From contig JBFHMM010000001.1 of NCBI GenBank assembly GCA_041594355.1, positions 5,872 through 69,871 on the forward strand: a stretch of DNA of 64,000 nt. Direction: 5' to 3'. Under the pieces are notes generated by a model. It ran no database searches. It was not told the origin of the DNA and saw only the letters and a list, made by a program, of their open reading frames with translations. The position numbers and the translations under genes are program-made. Shown here in pieces: positions 39,698 through 48,953 of this stretch (position 1 is the stretch's first letter; the number at the start of each line of letters is the position of its first letter). This DNA comes from Paracoccaceae bacterium. Lineage in GTDB: Bacteria > Pseudomonadota > Alphaproteobacteria > Rhodobacterales > Rhodobacteraceae.

Positions 39698-40351
39698 TCA
39701 ACTGTTCCACTTGATACCAGTGACTGCAAGCGTTGGCGCAAAGGCCTCGTAGATGCGTTGCCGCTGCGCCGTCGTCACCTGGTCCTTGCGGATCAGCGGG
39801 GTTTTGGAAAACTCGGACTTGGCCCGTGTGTGCAGCTGGAACTCCGCGATGCCGCGCCTGTCCAGGATCCGGGGCAGCGCCCATTTCAGCCGGTCATAGC
39901 GCAGCACCCGGTTGACCATCAGCACCCGGCGTCCGTTTTCCATCCGGCTGTACTTGTAGTGGTCGACGGGAAAATTCCCGGCCTCGCAATAGCTCTCCCA
40001 GCTGGCGTCATAGGCACCATCGGGATTGTGCAGCGCGGAATTGCGCAGCATGTGAAAATGGCTGATGCATTTCTCGACCGGTTCGCGTTCGACGCAGAAC
40101 CGGAACATCGCGCCAAAGCGCTCTGCGCCCAGCAGATCCGCGATCTCCTGCGCGGGCATATGGTTGTAATAGATCGTCTTGCCGCCCGCGTCGGCAAAGT
40201 TGCGTGCCCGGTGCCCCGGTACCGGCGGCAGGATCGGGGTGACGATGGCCTCCTCCTCGAGACGCCCCGACAGGTCCACCTCGATGCTGGTGCCCGCGGT
40301 CTTGGTCGTCTTGATGAAGATGAAATTATGCCTGAAGGACACAATCGCCAT
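39698..40351 (-). CDS. Sulfotransferase (family 2-like)
   Basis: IVSFRHNFIFIKTTKTAGTSIEV, YNH, EREPVEKCISHF, LRYDRL. Paralog of 10889..11755. Confidence 0.82.
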   Translation of the reverse strand: MAIVSFRHNFIFIKTTKTAGTSIEVDLSGRLEEEAIVTPILPPVPGHRARNFADAGGKTIYYNHMPAQEIADLLGAERFGAMFRFCVEREPVEKCISHFHMLRNSALHNPDGAYDASWESYCEAGNFPVDHYKYSRMENGRRVLMVNRVLRYDRLKWALPRILDRRGIAEFQLHTRAKSEFSKTPLIRKDQVTTAQRQRIYEAFAPTLAVTGIKWNS

Positions 40352-40426
40352 AACTGGACTTCCCTGCCCGAAGGCGCATCCGCCGCCTGCCCGTCACCTA
40401 TCTGTCAACCGGGCCAGCGCAACAGG

Positions 40427-40455
40427 AAAAAGGCCCCGGAACCCCGGGGCCTTTC
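40427..40455 (-). terminator. Rho-independent terminator downstream of the fibre gene
   Basis: Minus strand reads GAAAGGCCCCGG-loop-CCGGGGCCTTTTT, about 23 nt after the stop at 40478. Confidence 0.85.
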
Positions 40456-40477
40456 GATTGCTGGCGGATCGCGTCGA

Positions 40478-41629
40478 TCAGCCTTTTTCGATCTCGGCTT
40501 CCAGAACCTTGATGCGGTCGTTCAGCTGCTCAATGTAGATATGCGCGTGTTCCAGTTCGTTGAGCATGCGCAGCATCTTCTCGTTGACATTGATCGCGAG
40601 CGACGGGCCGGTCGGTCCAACCGCCGGCAGGTGCTTGTCGGCCCACATCTTCTCGGCGTGTTCCTCGATCGAGGGCACGGTGTAGACCTCGGGGTCGAAC
40701 ACCGCGTCACAGGGATCGGCCACGGTACAGGCGCCGCCGCCACCGGTGGTGATCAGGCTGCCGGTGATGGTCAGGTTGCCTGCCGGGGTCAGCAGGAATT
40801 CGGGCGCGCTGGTTCCCGCAGAGAGGCGGAGCGAATCGTTGTTGGTGATGGTCCAGATCTGGTTGTTGGTCTGGGCGGTGTTGATCATCGCGATCCGCAC
40901 CGGGCCGCTGTCCTGAACGATCACGTCGTCACCGGCATTCGGCGCGTCCTGATTCGTGCCGCCGACGCGGATGTGCAGCGGCGCGTTAGGGGCATCAGTT
41001 CCAAACCCAATGTTATTGTTGGCGGCGACAAACAGCGCGTTGTCGTCCGCACCCGGCTTGATCTTGAACGGCAGTTCGCTGCCGTTGGTGACGTCGCGGA
41101 CAAAGAAGTTGGTTTCGTTCGCGGCGATGTCAAAGGTCTGGGCGGTAAAGCCGGCCGAGCCGTTCTGTTCCAGCCGCAGGGTCGGGCTGTCGCCATCGGC
41201 GACATGCAGCTCGACAACCGGACTGGCGGTACCGATCCCGATATTGCCGCTGGAATTGATCCGCAGCGCGTTGGCGCCGGCGCCGGCATCGACGCGGAAC
41301 GGCTGGTTCCCGGCATCCGCATCCTCGATCGCCAGGTATTCGGAACCGCCGTTGGTGCTGTCGTTGGCGACGATACGCCAGTCCCGGGTCGGGAAGCTGC
41401 TGGAGCTCGAGGTGTCCTGGAAATGGATCCGCAGGTTGTTTTCCTTCAGCCGCAGCGTGTCCGAGCCAAAGCTTTCGCTGGAGGTACAGTCGAACCCGGT
41501 ACAGGTGCTGCCCTGCACGATCAGGTCGGTGGCAAAGACCTGCGCGGCGCTGGCGCCCTGGGCGGCAAAGCCGGTCAGCGCGGTGGTCAAACCCAGCATG
41601 GCCAGGCGGGTGTGGGTTTTTCTCATCAT
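40478..41629 (-). CDS. Secreted beta-rich fibre/adhesin-like protein with C-terminal chaperone-like coiled-coil
   Basis: Sec signal (ASA-AQ). Internal repeats ending GNIGIGTASP/NNIGFGTDAP. C-terminal DAVF..Y..PSIEE...HLP...LNELE...YIEQL. The longer ORF-track N-terminus overlaps the upstream gene. Confidence 0.75.
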   Translation of the reverse strand: MMRKTHTRLAMLGLTTALTGFAAQGASAAQVFATDLIVQGSTCTGFDCTSSESFGSDTLRLKENNLRIHFQDTSSSSSFPTRDWRIVANDSTNGGSEYLAIEDADAGNQPFRVDAGAGANALRINSSGNIGIGTASPVVELHVADGDSPTLRLEQNGSAGFTAQTFDIAANETNFFVRDVTNGSELPFKIKPGADDNALFVAANNNIGFGTDAPNAPLHIRVGGTNQDAPNAGDDVIVQDSGPVRIAMINTAQTNNQIWTITNNDSLRLSAGTSAPEFLLTPAGNLTITGSLITTGGGGACTVADPCDAVFDPEVYTVPSIEEHAEKMWADKHLPAVGPTGPSLAINVNEKMLRMLNELEHAHIYIEQLNDRIKVLEAEIEKG

Positions 41630-41661
41630 GATATACTCTTTCCCTGTCGTGTTCCGTGAGG

Positions 41662-42123
41662 TCATTGATCGCCGTCTTCGTTCAGCGTTTCTGGCGTGAC
41701 GATCACGCCGCGCGACACCTGAAAGGAGCCGGTCTTGTAAAAGGGTTTGAAGGCCGATCCCGAAGCATCGCTGCCCCGGCCATTGTCGATCTGGTTGACG
41801 ACCTCGGCCTTCTCGCTGGTCGCCGCCGTCAGCTCGTAGGTATAGACGCCGTCCAGAATGCCCTGTCCGGACAACTGGAACACCGGTGTGCCGGCCCCGG
41901 CCTGAACATTGGTGATCTCGCCATTGGGCATCCGGATGCGCAGCTCCGCATTGCTCAGATCGCCCCAGTTCTCGAACCAGAAGGCGTTGGTGTTGTGCTG
42001 GGGCACCGGTTCTGCCGCCGTCACCGGGGCCGCGCCCCCCAGAACAAGAGCCAAGGCAAGCGACGCGATCATGATCGGGCCAGCAATCAAAGCCCCCATC
42101 CCGCACCGAAAACCTTCAAACAT
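41662..42123 (-). CDS. Small secreted protein, partner of the fibre gene
   Basis: Signal peptide (VTA-AE); beta-rich mature domain with DGVYTYELTAA and GSFQVSRG. Ends 32 nt before the fibre start. Start is 42123 or 42099. Confidence 0.7.
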   Translation of the reverse strand: MFEGFRCGMGALIAGPIMIASLALALVLGGAAPVTAAEPVPQHNTNAFWFENWGDLSNAELRIRMPNGEITNVQAGAGTPVFQLSGQGILDGVYTYELTAATSEKAEVVNQIDNGRGSDASGSAFKPFYKTGSFQVSRGVIVTPETLNEDGDQ

Positions 42124-42189
42124 TCGAATGTAACTCCCTGAAGCGAATGCATCTCTCGTAAAATCGCGGCACGCCCGCGCAGAGGCGGC

Positions 42190-42326
42190 CACTTGGTCGG
42201 CACTATACAGATTTCATTTCAAAAATCATGTTATTTTGGCAACTTTACGGCAGTGATGTTGCCCCGAACCGACAAGATCCGCCAATTGTTTGCCGTTACG
42301 GCAACAATAGACACTTTCCGGCGCGT
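42190..42326 (-). promoter_or_regulatory. AT-rich putative promoter region for the partner/fibre genes
   Basis: Markedly AT-rich intergenic stretch (atttcatttcaaaaatcatgttattttgg) in a GC-rich context. No specific box assigned. Confidence 0.4.
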
Positions 42327-43523
42327 TCAGCGCTCGATTGCCGCCCATTTCGCCTCGGCCCGGGTCTGGGCCTCGGCCAGCTGGCCGGGCGTCAGCCGGG
42401 GCCGCAGCAACTCTGCCGCCACCCGTGCCTCGGGATCGCCTGCCGACACCGCGAGGCTCAGCCACATGTAGCCCAGCACGTAATCCTGCGGCACGCCCTC
42501 GCCCTTGACGTACATCAGCCCCAGGTTGGTCATGGCGCCGCGCAGCCCCTTTCGAGCCGCGCGGGTGAACCAGATGGCCGCGTCCCGCGCGCCACCTTCC
42601 CGCAGCGCCAGACCGCCGGCCAGGTACTGCGCCAGCGGGTCGCCGGCGCGGGCCGCCCGCAGGGTATCGGCGCGCCAGCCCGGATCGTCGGCGGCGGGCC
42701 GGCTCAGCCGGGGATCAAAGCCATAGCTCAGCGCGGCGGCACTGTCGGGGCGCACCAACCCGGCGGCCTGCCGGTACAGCGCGGCGGCGCGGGCATCGTC
42801 CTGCGCCACGCCAAAACCGTTTTCATAAAGCACGCCCAGGTTGCGCACCGCCTCGGCCAGCCCGGACTGGGCCGCCTGTTCGAACAGGTTGGCGGCGGCG
42901 GCGTAATCCTGCGGCACCCCGTCGCCGCGCACATAGAGCAGCCCCAGGTTGTTCAGCGCCCTTGGATGACCCGTGGCGCCCGCCCTCTCGTACAGCGCCC
43001 GCGCCGCTGCATAATCCTGCGCCACGCCGGTGCCTTCCTGATACAGCACCCCCAGGCTGACCGCCGCCTCCACGTGACCCGCCTCGGCCGCGCGTTGATA
43101 CAGCGCCGCCGCAGCCGCCGGGTCGGGCGCGCCCGCCACCGGGGTGTCCAGCGCCCGCGCCAGGTTGAACAGGTAGTCCGGAACACCGCTTTGCGCCGCC
43201 TGCCGCAGCCAGTGCAGCGCCTGCACCTGGTCCGTCTCCGCGCTGTCTCCGGTCAGCCGGCGAACGTGATACAGCCCCAGCAGGTTCTGCGCCGCCGCCT
43301 GCCCCTGCTCGGCGGCCCGCAGCAGCCAGGGGCGGGCAGCGGCAAAGTTCTGTGGCACCCCCTGCCCCTGATCGAAACGCAGCGCCAGCTGGTACTGGGC
43401 CTCGGCGTCATCGGCCTCGGCCCGAGCACGCAGGGCCCCGAGATCGCCGTCCTGCGCCGAAACCGATGCCCCCGCCAGCAGCGCCACCAGCAGGACCGGG
43501 CCCATGAGCTGCCTCAGGGTCAT
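42327..43523 (-). CDS. Exported Sel1-repeat protein
   Basis: Signal peptide; repeated A..NLG..Y..G.GV.QD...A..Y..AA; terminal YMWLSLA. Confidence 0.92.
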   Translation of the reverse strand: MTLRQLMGPVLLVALLAGASVSAQDGDLGALRARAEADDAEAQYQLALRFDQGQGVPQNFAAARPWLLRAAEQGQAAAQNLLGLYHVRRLTGDSAETDQVQALHWLRQAAQSGVPDYLFNLARALDTPVAGAPDPAAAAALYQRAAEAGHVEAAVSLGVLYQEGTGVAQDYAAARALYERAGATGHPRALNNLGLLYVRGDGVPQDYAAAANLFEQAAQSGLAEAVRNLGVLYENGFGVAQDDARAAALYRQAAGLVRPDSAAALSYGFDPRLSRPAADDPGWRADTLRAARAGDPLAQYLAGGLALREGGARDAAIWFTRAARKGLRGAMTNLGLMYVKGEGVPQDYVLGYMWLSLAVSAGDPEARVAAELLRPRLTPGQLAEAQTRAEAKWAAIER

Positions 43524-45127
43524 TCCGATGCCGTCCCGGCCTGCGCCGAACCGGTCTCGAAATAGGTCCGCGCGCCGGCCTGCGCCTGCGCCACCTGTTC
43601 CGCTGTCATCAACTGCGAGATCACCTCGCGCATCTCAGCGGCATTGCTCAGCCCGTGGGTGGCGGCGACATTGAACCAGACATGCGCCTGAACGTAATCC
43701 TGTTCGACCGGCCCGCCTTCGGCGTAAAGCTGTCCCATCCGGAACTGGGCAAAGCTGTCGCCAGCCTGCGCGGCCTGCTGCAGCAACGCTACCGCCTGCG
43801 CGCCGCGCGCACCGTCATCAAGCGTCAGATAGAGATCGCCCAGCCGGCCCTGCGCCTGTGTGATCCCCGCCGCCGCCTGCGTCTCCAGCCAGCTCAACGC
43901 CTCGGCATCCCCGGCCTGCGCCGCCGCGTCAACCCAGGGCGCGGCCTCCTGCGGGGCGATCAGATCGTCGATCCGGCCCTGTGCCGCCAGCAGTCCCAGC
44001 CGCGCAGCGGCCACTTCGGCCACGTCCGGCCCCATGTCCAGGGCGCGGCGGTACTCCCGCACCGCCTGCCGCAGGTTCTGCGGCGTGCCGCGGCCTTCTT
44101 CCTGAAACGCCGCGACCACCAGCACCGCGCGTGGCAGGTTGCGGTCGGCAGCCCGCTGGTACCAGTCGAACGCGGTGGCATCATCGGCCGGCACCCCGGT
44201 GCCCGTGGCATAGGCGAAGCCGAGGTTGGTCATCGCCCCGGCATCGCCCGCCGCCGCCGCCGCCGTCAGCCAGCGCAGCGCCTCCTCGCCGTTCTGCGCC
44301 ACCCCGTCGCCGTGCAGGTATTTGGTACCCAGCATCCGCTGCGCCAGCGGATGGCCCGCCTCCGCGGCACGGCGGAACCAGGCCTGGGCCTGGGCCGGGT
44401 TCCTGGTCGTGCCATTGCCCGCATCCAGATTCAGCCCCAGGGAATACTGCGCCGCCGCCACCCCGGCCGCCGCGGCGCTCTCCATCCATTTCAGCGCCCG
44501 GGGGCCGTCCTCGTCGGTGCCCAGACCCTGGGCATAGGCCTGGCTGAGTGCGTATTGCGCCTCGCCATGCTGCTGTTTGGCGGCGGCCAGGAACCAGGTA
44601 AAGGCGGTTTCCTCGCTGCGCGGCACACCGCGGCCCAAACGATAGGCGACCCCCAGCAGGAACTGCGCCTCGGCGTCGCCCTGACTGGCGGCGCGCTGCA
44701 ACAGGTTGGCGGCGCGGGCCTGATCCTCGCCCACCCCTTCGCCGGCCATGTACATCCGCGCCAGCAGGGTGGCGGCAGCGACATGATCCTCCTCCACCGC
44801 CTCGGCCAGCCAGCGCACCGCCTGCCCCGGATCGCGGGGACCGCCGCGGCCTTCCTGCAGGATCCGGCCATAACGATACTTGGCATTCGGCGTGCCGCCC
44901 GGCGCCAGCTGCGCCAGCCCCTCGCGGGCGGTCACGTAATCGCCGGACCGGTAGGCCGCGACGATATCGGCCATTTCGGGCAGCCGCACCTGCGGCGCAT
45001 CGGCGGCATCCTGATCGACAGGAGTAGCAGTGTCAGAGGGCGCATCCGACGTCTGCGCAGGAATGGGCGCGGCGGTCAGACACAGGACCGCTGCGGCGGC
45101 AAGAGCAGCGGAAAATCGCAGGGACAT
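43520..45127 (-). CDS. Exported Sel1-repeat protein
   Basis: Signal peptide; many AQ..LG..Y..G.G...A..W..AA repeats; terminal HVWFNVAA. Confidence 0.92.
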   Translation of the reverse strand: MSLRFSAALAAAAVLCLTAAPIPAQTSDAPSDTATPVDQDAADAPQVRLPEMADIVAAYRSGDYVTAREGLAQLAPGGTPNAKYRYGRILQEGRGGPRDPGQAVRWLAEAVEEDHVAAATLLARMYMAGEGVGEDQARAANLLQRAASQGDAEAQFLLGVAYRLGRGVPRSEETAFTWFLAAAKQQHGEAQYALSQAYAQGLGTDEDGPRALKWMESAAAAGVAAAQYSLGLNLDAGNGTTRNPAQAQAWFRRAAEAGHPLAQRMLGTKYLHGDGVAQNGEEALRWLTAAAAAGDAGAMTNLGFAYATGTGVPADDATAFDWYQRAADRNLPRAVLVVAAFQEEGRGTPQNLRQAVREYRRALDMGPDVAEVAAARLGLLAAQGRIDDLIAPQEAAPWVDAAAQAGDAEALSWLETQAAAGITQAQGRLGDLYLTLDDGARGAQAVALLQQAAQAGDSFAQFRMGQLYAEGGPVEQDYVQAHVWFNVAATHGLSNAAEMREVISQLMTAEQVAQAQAGARTYFETGSAQAGTASE

Positions 45128-45206
45128 GAAGGGAAACTCAATCTTTTCAAGGTCAGGATGGATAGATCTAGCCACAGGCTAACGCAATGCAGGCGCTCTG
45201 GCGAGA

Positions 45207-45968
45207 TCAGATTGCCGTCAGCCCCGCCGCCGTCCACAGCCAAACCAGCGCCGCCGCCGCCGCCAGCGCCGCGCCAAAGGGCTGGCGGGCATCGCCCGCC
45301 GGCCCCTGTCCGGACCGGACCGCCGCCACCAGCACCGCCAACACCCCCAGAAGCGCCCCCGCCAGCACCACATGCGGCAACAGTCCCGGCCCGCAAAAGG
45401 CTCCGATCCCCGCCATCAGCTTGACGTCGCCCAGCCCCAGCCCCTCGCGCCCGCGCAACCGGGCATACCCCCGGCGGATTACCCAGAAACTACCGGCCCC
45501 CAGCACCGCGCCAAGACCGGCCATCGCGGCATGACCGGCCAGCCCCGCCCGCACCAGCGCCGCCAGCGCCAACGCCAGGGTCAGCACATCGGGCAGCCGC
45601 ATCCAGATCAGATCGCTGACCGCCAGCGCCAGCAGCAGCCACAACACCAGCGCCGTGAGCCAGACATGGGCCGCGCCGCCGCCGGCCAGCAGCGCCAGAA
45701 CCGCCAGCCCCGGCGCGGCAATCTCGAGATACAGATGCCAGGCCGGGATCGCCGCGCCACAGCCGCGGCACCGTCCGCGCGCCATGACAAAGGACAGCAC
45801 CGGCAGCAGGTCGCGCGGGCGCAATGCCCTGCCGCAGGCGCGGCAGGCCGAGCGCGCCCGCACCACGTCTTCGCCGCGCGGCAGCCGGTCGATCAGGACC
45901 CCCAGGAACGACCCCGTCGCCGGGCTGACCAACAGCAGGAAAACTGTAAAGAAATCGAGCTTGGGCAC
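45207..45968 (-). CDS. gspO: Prepilin peptidase (A24)
   Basis: GSFLGVLIDRLP, RSACRAC, GRCRGC, SD..WMRLPD, EGLGLGDVKL, PFG. GTG start inferred. Confidence 0.9.
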   Translation of the reverse strand: MPKLDFFTVFLLLVSPATGSFLGVLIDRLPRGEDVVRARSACRACGRALRPRDLLPVLSFVMARGRCRGCGAAIPAWHLYLEIAAPGLAVLALLAGGGAAHVWLTALVLWLLLALAVSDLIWMRLPDVLTLALALAALVRAGLAGHAAMAGLGAVLGAGSFWVIRRGYARLRGREGLGLGDVKLMAGIGAFCGPGLLPHVVLAGALLGVLAVLVAAVRSGQGPAGDARQPFGAALAAAAALVWLWTAAGLTAI

Positions 45969-46072
45969 GGGATGACGCGGCCTTTCGGATGAGGGGAAGC
46001 CAAGGCCCCGGCGCAGCTTGTCACCACATGGGGCAGTCCCTATTGTGCGCCCAAGTGATAGGCGTGGAACGG

Positions 46073-46540
46073 ATGACAATGCAACCGGATGCGACACGAC
46101 CGGCGGGTGGGTCCGCTTCTGCCGATGACGGATTCTCCCTGCTCGAACTGATGGTGGTCGTGGTGATCCTGTCGGTGCTGGCGCTGGCCATCGTGCCACG
46201 GGTGATCGACCGCCCCGACCAGGCGCGCGCCGCGCGGGCGACCTCGGACATCGCCGCGATCTCCAGCGCCATCGGCCTTTATAAGCTGGACAATTTCACC
46301 TACCCCAGCACCGCGCAGGGGCTGGCCGCGCTGACCACGCCGCCCTCGGTCGAACCGCTGGCGCCGAACTGGGCCTCAGGCGGCTATATCGCGCGGCTGC
46401 CCAAGGATCCCTGGGGGCGCGACTACCAGTATCTGCAGCCCGGGGTGCACGGCGCCTTCGACGTGTTCTCTTATGGTGCCGACGGTCAGCCCGGCGGCAG
46501 CGGGGCGAATGCGGACATCGGGTCATGGCAGGTCAACTGA
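46073..46540 (+). CDS. gspG: T2SS major pseudopilin
   Basis: GFSLLELMVV, YKLDN..YP..QGL.AL, LPKDPWG, SYGADG..GG.G.NADI. Confidence 0.96.
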   Translation: MTMQPDATRPAGGSASADDGFSLLELMVVVVILSVLALAIVPRVIDRPDQARAARATSDIAAISSAIGLYKLDNFTYPSTAQGLAALTTPPSVEPLAPNWASGGYIARLPKDPWGRDYQYLQPGVHGAFDVFSYGADGQPGGSGANADIGSWQVN

Positions 46541-47037
46541 TCCGCGCGCCAGCCGCCCGAAACGCGCCGGATGCCGGCTTTACCCTGATCGAGCTTCTGG
46601 TGGTGATCACCATCCTGTCGGTGCTGTCCGTGGGCGGCGCCATGCTGGCCACCAGCCGTGGCGGCAAAACCGCTGCCGACGCCAGCGATCTGGCCGCGTT
46701 TCGCGCCGCCCACACCCGGCTGCGCAGCCTTGCGGTGCATGGCCAGAGCCTGCGGGGCATGTATGTCACCCCGCAGGGCCGCCGCCTTGCCGAGCGCCGC
46801 GCGGGCCGGTGGCGCCCCACCGGACCCGAGCTGCGCTGGCGGAACCCGATGCGGTTCGACCCGGCCCGGCGCGCCGGCTTTGCCGACCCCGGCCTGCCCG
46901 AGGGTCCGGGCGCGCCGCAAATCCTCTATTACCCCGACGGGCGCAGCACCGCTTTCGAGGCGCGCTTCGGCACTGGGCGCGACCAAATCCGCTGCCGCAG
47001 CGACGGCTGGACCGACCTGCGCTGTGCCCCGCTATGA
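46525..47037 (+). CDS. gspH: T2SS minor pseudopilin H
   Basis: N-methylation site AGFTLIELLVV; position after gspG; YYPDG.S motif. Confidence 0.8.
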   Translation: MAGQLIRAPAARNAPDAGFTLIELLVVITILSVLSVGGAMLATSRGGKTAADASDLAAFRAAHTRLRSLAVHGQSLRGMYVTPQGRRLAERRAGRWRPTGPELRWRNPMRFDPARRAGFADPGLPEGPGAPQILYYPDGRSTAFEARFGTGRDQIRCRSDGWTDLRCAPL

Positions 47038-47408
47038 GACTGCGCTTTCGCACCCCGCCCGGCCTGACGCTGGTAGAGCTGCTGGTGGCGGTGCTGGTGC
47101 TGTCCATCGCAGTGGTCGGCACCTTTCGCACGCTGGATGTCTCGGGCCGCCAGATCGGTGGCGAATCCGAACGCCTGCTGGCCCGGCTGGTGGCCGCCAA
47201 CCGGGCCGAGGAACTGCGCCTGACCCGTGTCGCTGAACCCACCCCGATGCCCGGGCAGGTTCGGCAGGGGCCCTATGACTTCGACGTGGAGACCGGGCTG
47301 GAAACCACCGTCGGCGGGCTGGGCCAGGCCACCATCACCGTGCGCGGCCCCGGCGGCAGCGGCGCGGTGCTGGTCACCTATCTGCCTGCCCCCGCTGGCG
47401 GAGGGTAA
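47034..47408 (+). CDS. gspI: T2SS minor pseudopilin I
   Basis: GLTLVELLVAV, A..VA.NRAEE. ATGA coupling to gspH. Confidence 0.82.
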   Translation: MRLRFRTPPGLTLVELLVAVLVLSIAVVGTFRTLDVSGRQIGGESERLLARLVAANRAEELRLTRVAEPTPMPGQVRQGPYDFDVETGLETTVGGLGQATITVRGPGGSGAVLVTYLPAPAGGG

Positions 47409-47412
47409 GCGG

Positions 47413-48021
47413 ATGCGGCGCGGCCACCACCCCGATGCGGGCCTGACCCTAATCGAGCTGATCGTCGCCATGGCGCTCTTCGCGCTGGTCGCCGCCATGG
47501 GGCTGCAGGTGCTGAACGGCATGCTGCGCGCCCGCGACCGGCTGGTCGCCCGCTCCGATGACACCGGCGCGCTCAGCCTGACGCTGGCGCTGCTACGCCA
47601 GGATCTGCAGGCCACAGTGCCGCTGGGGTTTTCCGCCCCCGGCGTCCCGCCAGCGCCGCCGCTGACCACCACCCCCGGCCCCCGGCTGGCGCTATCGCTG
47701 GCCGGGCAATCCGGCCCCGGCATTCCCGAACACGCCGGGTTCCACCGGGCGATCTGGCGCTACGACCGCACGACCCAGCAACTGACCCGGCAGATCTGGC
47801 CCAGCCTCAGCCCCGCCACCGCATCGCAGCTGCAGCCCGCCACCCCCGTCCTGACCGGCGTGCAGGGGCTGGAGATCCGCCTGTTCCGCCCCGATCAGGG
47901 CTGGCTCGACTGGCGCGACCTGCCGGTGGATGTGATCCGCACCGACCTGCCCGCCGCCATCGAGGTCACGCTGGACACTGTCGCTTTCGGCCGGGTGCGG
48001 CTGGTAGAGACCCTATGGTAA
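47413..48021 (+). CDS. gspJ: T2SS minor pseudopilin J
   Basis: AGLTLIELIVAMALF, LRQDL, LPAAIEVTL...GRV. Confidence 0.88.
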   Translation: MRRGHHPDAGLTLIELIVAMALFALVAAMGLQVLNGMLRARDRLVARSDDTGALSLTLALLRQDLQATVPLGFSAPGVPPAPPLTTTPGPRLALSLAGQSGPGIPEHAGFHRAIWRYDRTTQQLTRQIWPSLSPATASQLQPATPVLTGVQGLEIRLFRPDQGWLDWRDLPVDVIRTDLPAAIEVTLDTVAFGRVRLVETLW

Positions 48022-48953
48022 GGCCCGCGGCCTCCGAGCGCGGCTTCGTGCTGGTCAACGCGCTGCTGATCGTGGCCGCGATGGCGGCGGCGGCGGCCTT
48101 GCTGCTGGGCCGGTCACAGGCGGCGCGTGTCCGGCTGGACCTGGCGCAGGAGGCGATGCAGGTACAGCTCTATCTCGACGGCGCCGAGGCGCTGGCGCTG
48201 ACGGTGCTGAACCGCGACCTGCGCGGCCCGGCGCTGGATCACCCGGAGGAATCCTGGGCCCGGCCCCATGACGTCACCGTTGACCGCGGCCGCGTGGCGC
48301 TGCGGCTGAGCGACTTGCAGGGGCGGTTCAACCTCAACACCCTGCGCAGCGCCACCGATCTGGCGGCGTTGAACCGATTCCTGCGGCTGGCCGACAGGAT
48401 CGCCCTGTCCGAACAGCAGGCCCGCGCCATCGCCGCCCATATCGCCGGGCCGCCGCCCGAACTGCTGGGCCGTTATGCCCGGCTGCCGGTGCCGATGTAC
48501 CCCACCGGCGGCGGCATCGCCGCGATCGGCGAACTGCGCCATGTGCCGGGGTTGGGGGGCGCGGCCTTTGACCGGCTGCAACAGGTGGCCGCCGTGCTGC
48601 CCGGCGGCGCACCGCTGAACATCAACACCGCCCCCGAACCGGTGCTGGCCGCCTGGTTGCCCGAACTGGGGGCCACGGCCCGGACCAAGCTGCTGGCGCA
48701 ACGCCGCGATGCCCCGTTCGAGACGCCAGAGGCCTTTCTCGACGCGCTCGAACGCCTGGTCCCCATCGACCGCGAGGCCCCGCATCTGCAGCCCCAGGGC
48801 TTCACCGTTGAATCCGACTGGTTCCTGGTGGAAAGTGCCGCCAGTCTGGCCACCTCCCGTCAGGCGCGGCACAGCGTGATCCGGCGCGGCGGTGCGCGGC
48901 GGCTGGCGCGGGTGGAGTACCGGCAGGCAACACAGGAGAAAGCAGAACCGTGA
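48015..48953 (+). CDS. gspK: T2SS minor pseudopilin K
   Basis: RGFVLVNAL, DH..E.W, DLQGRFNLN, ELRHVPG, NINTA. Confidence 0.92.
   Translation: MVRPAASERGFVLVNALLIVAAMAAAAALLLGRSQAARVRLDLAQEAMQVQLYLDGAEALALTVLNRDLRGPALDHPEESWARPHDVTVDRGRVALRLSDLQGRFNLNTLRSATDLAALNRFLRLADRIALSEQQARAIAAHIAGPPPELLGRYARLPVPMYPTGGGIAAIGELRHVPGLGGAAFDRLQQVAAVLPGGAPLNINTAPEPVLAAWLPELGATARTKLLAQRRDAPFETPEAFLDALERLVPIDREAPHLQPQGFTVESDWFLVESAASLATSRQARHSVIRRGGARRLARVEYRQATQEKAEP

Noticed and set aside
40478-41629. Prophage tail-fibre remnant
   Set aside because: It has a Sec signal peptide and an intact frame, and no other phage genes occur in the window.
41630-42106. N-terminal 159 aa of the 542-aa ORF call
   Set aside because: Overlaps the partner gene in another frame. 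The real start is at 41629/41626, where an RBS and signal peptide appear.
45207-48953. Type IV pilus or Tad system
   Set aside because: The major pilin has GspG-specific motifs, GspK/L/M/D/E/F are present, and there is no PilT, PilM or Flp/Cpa gene.
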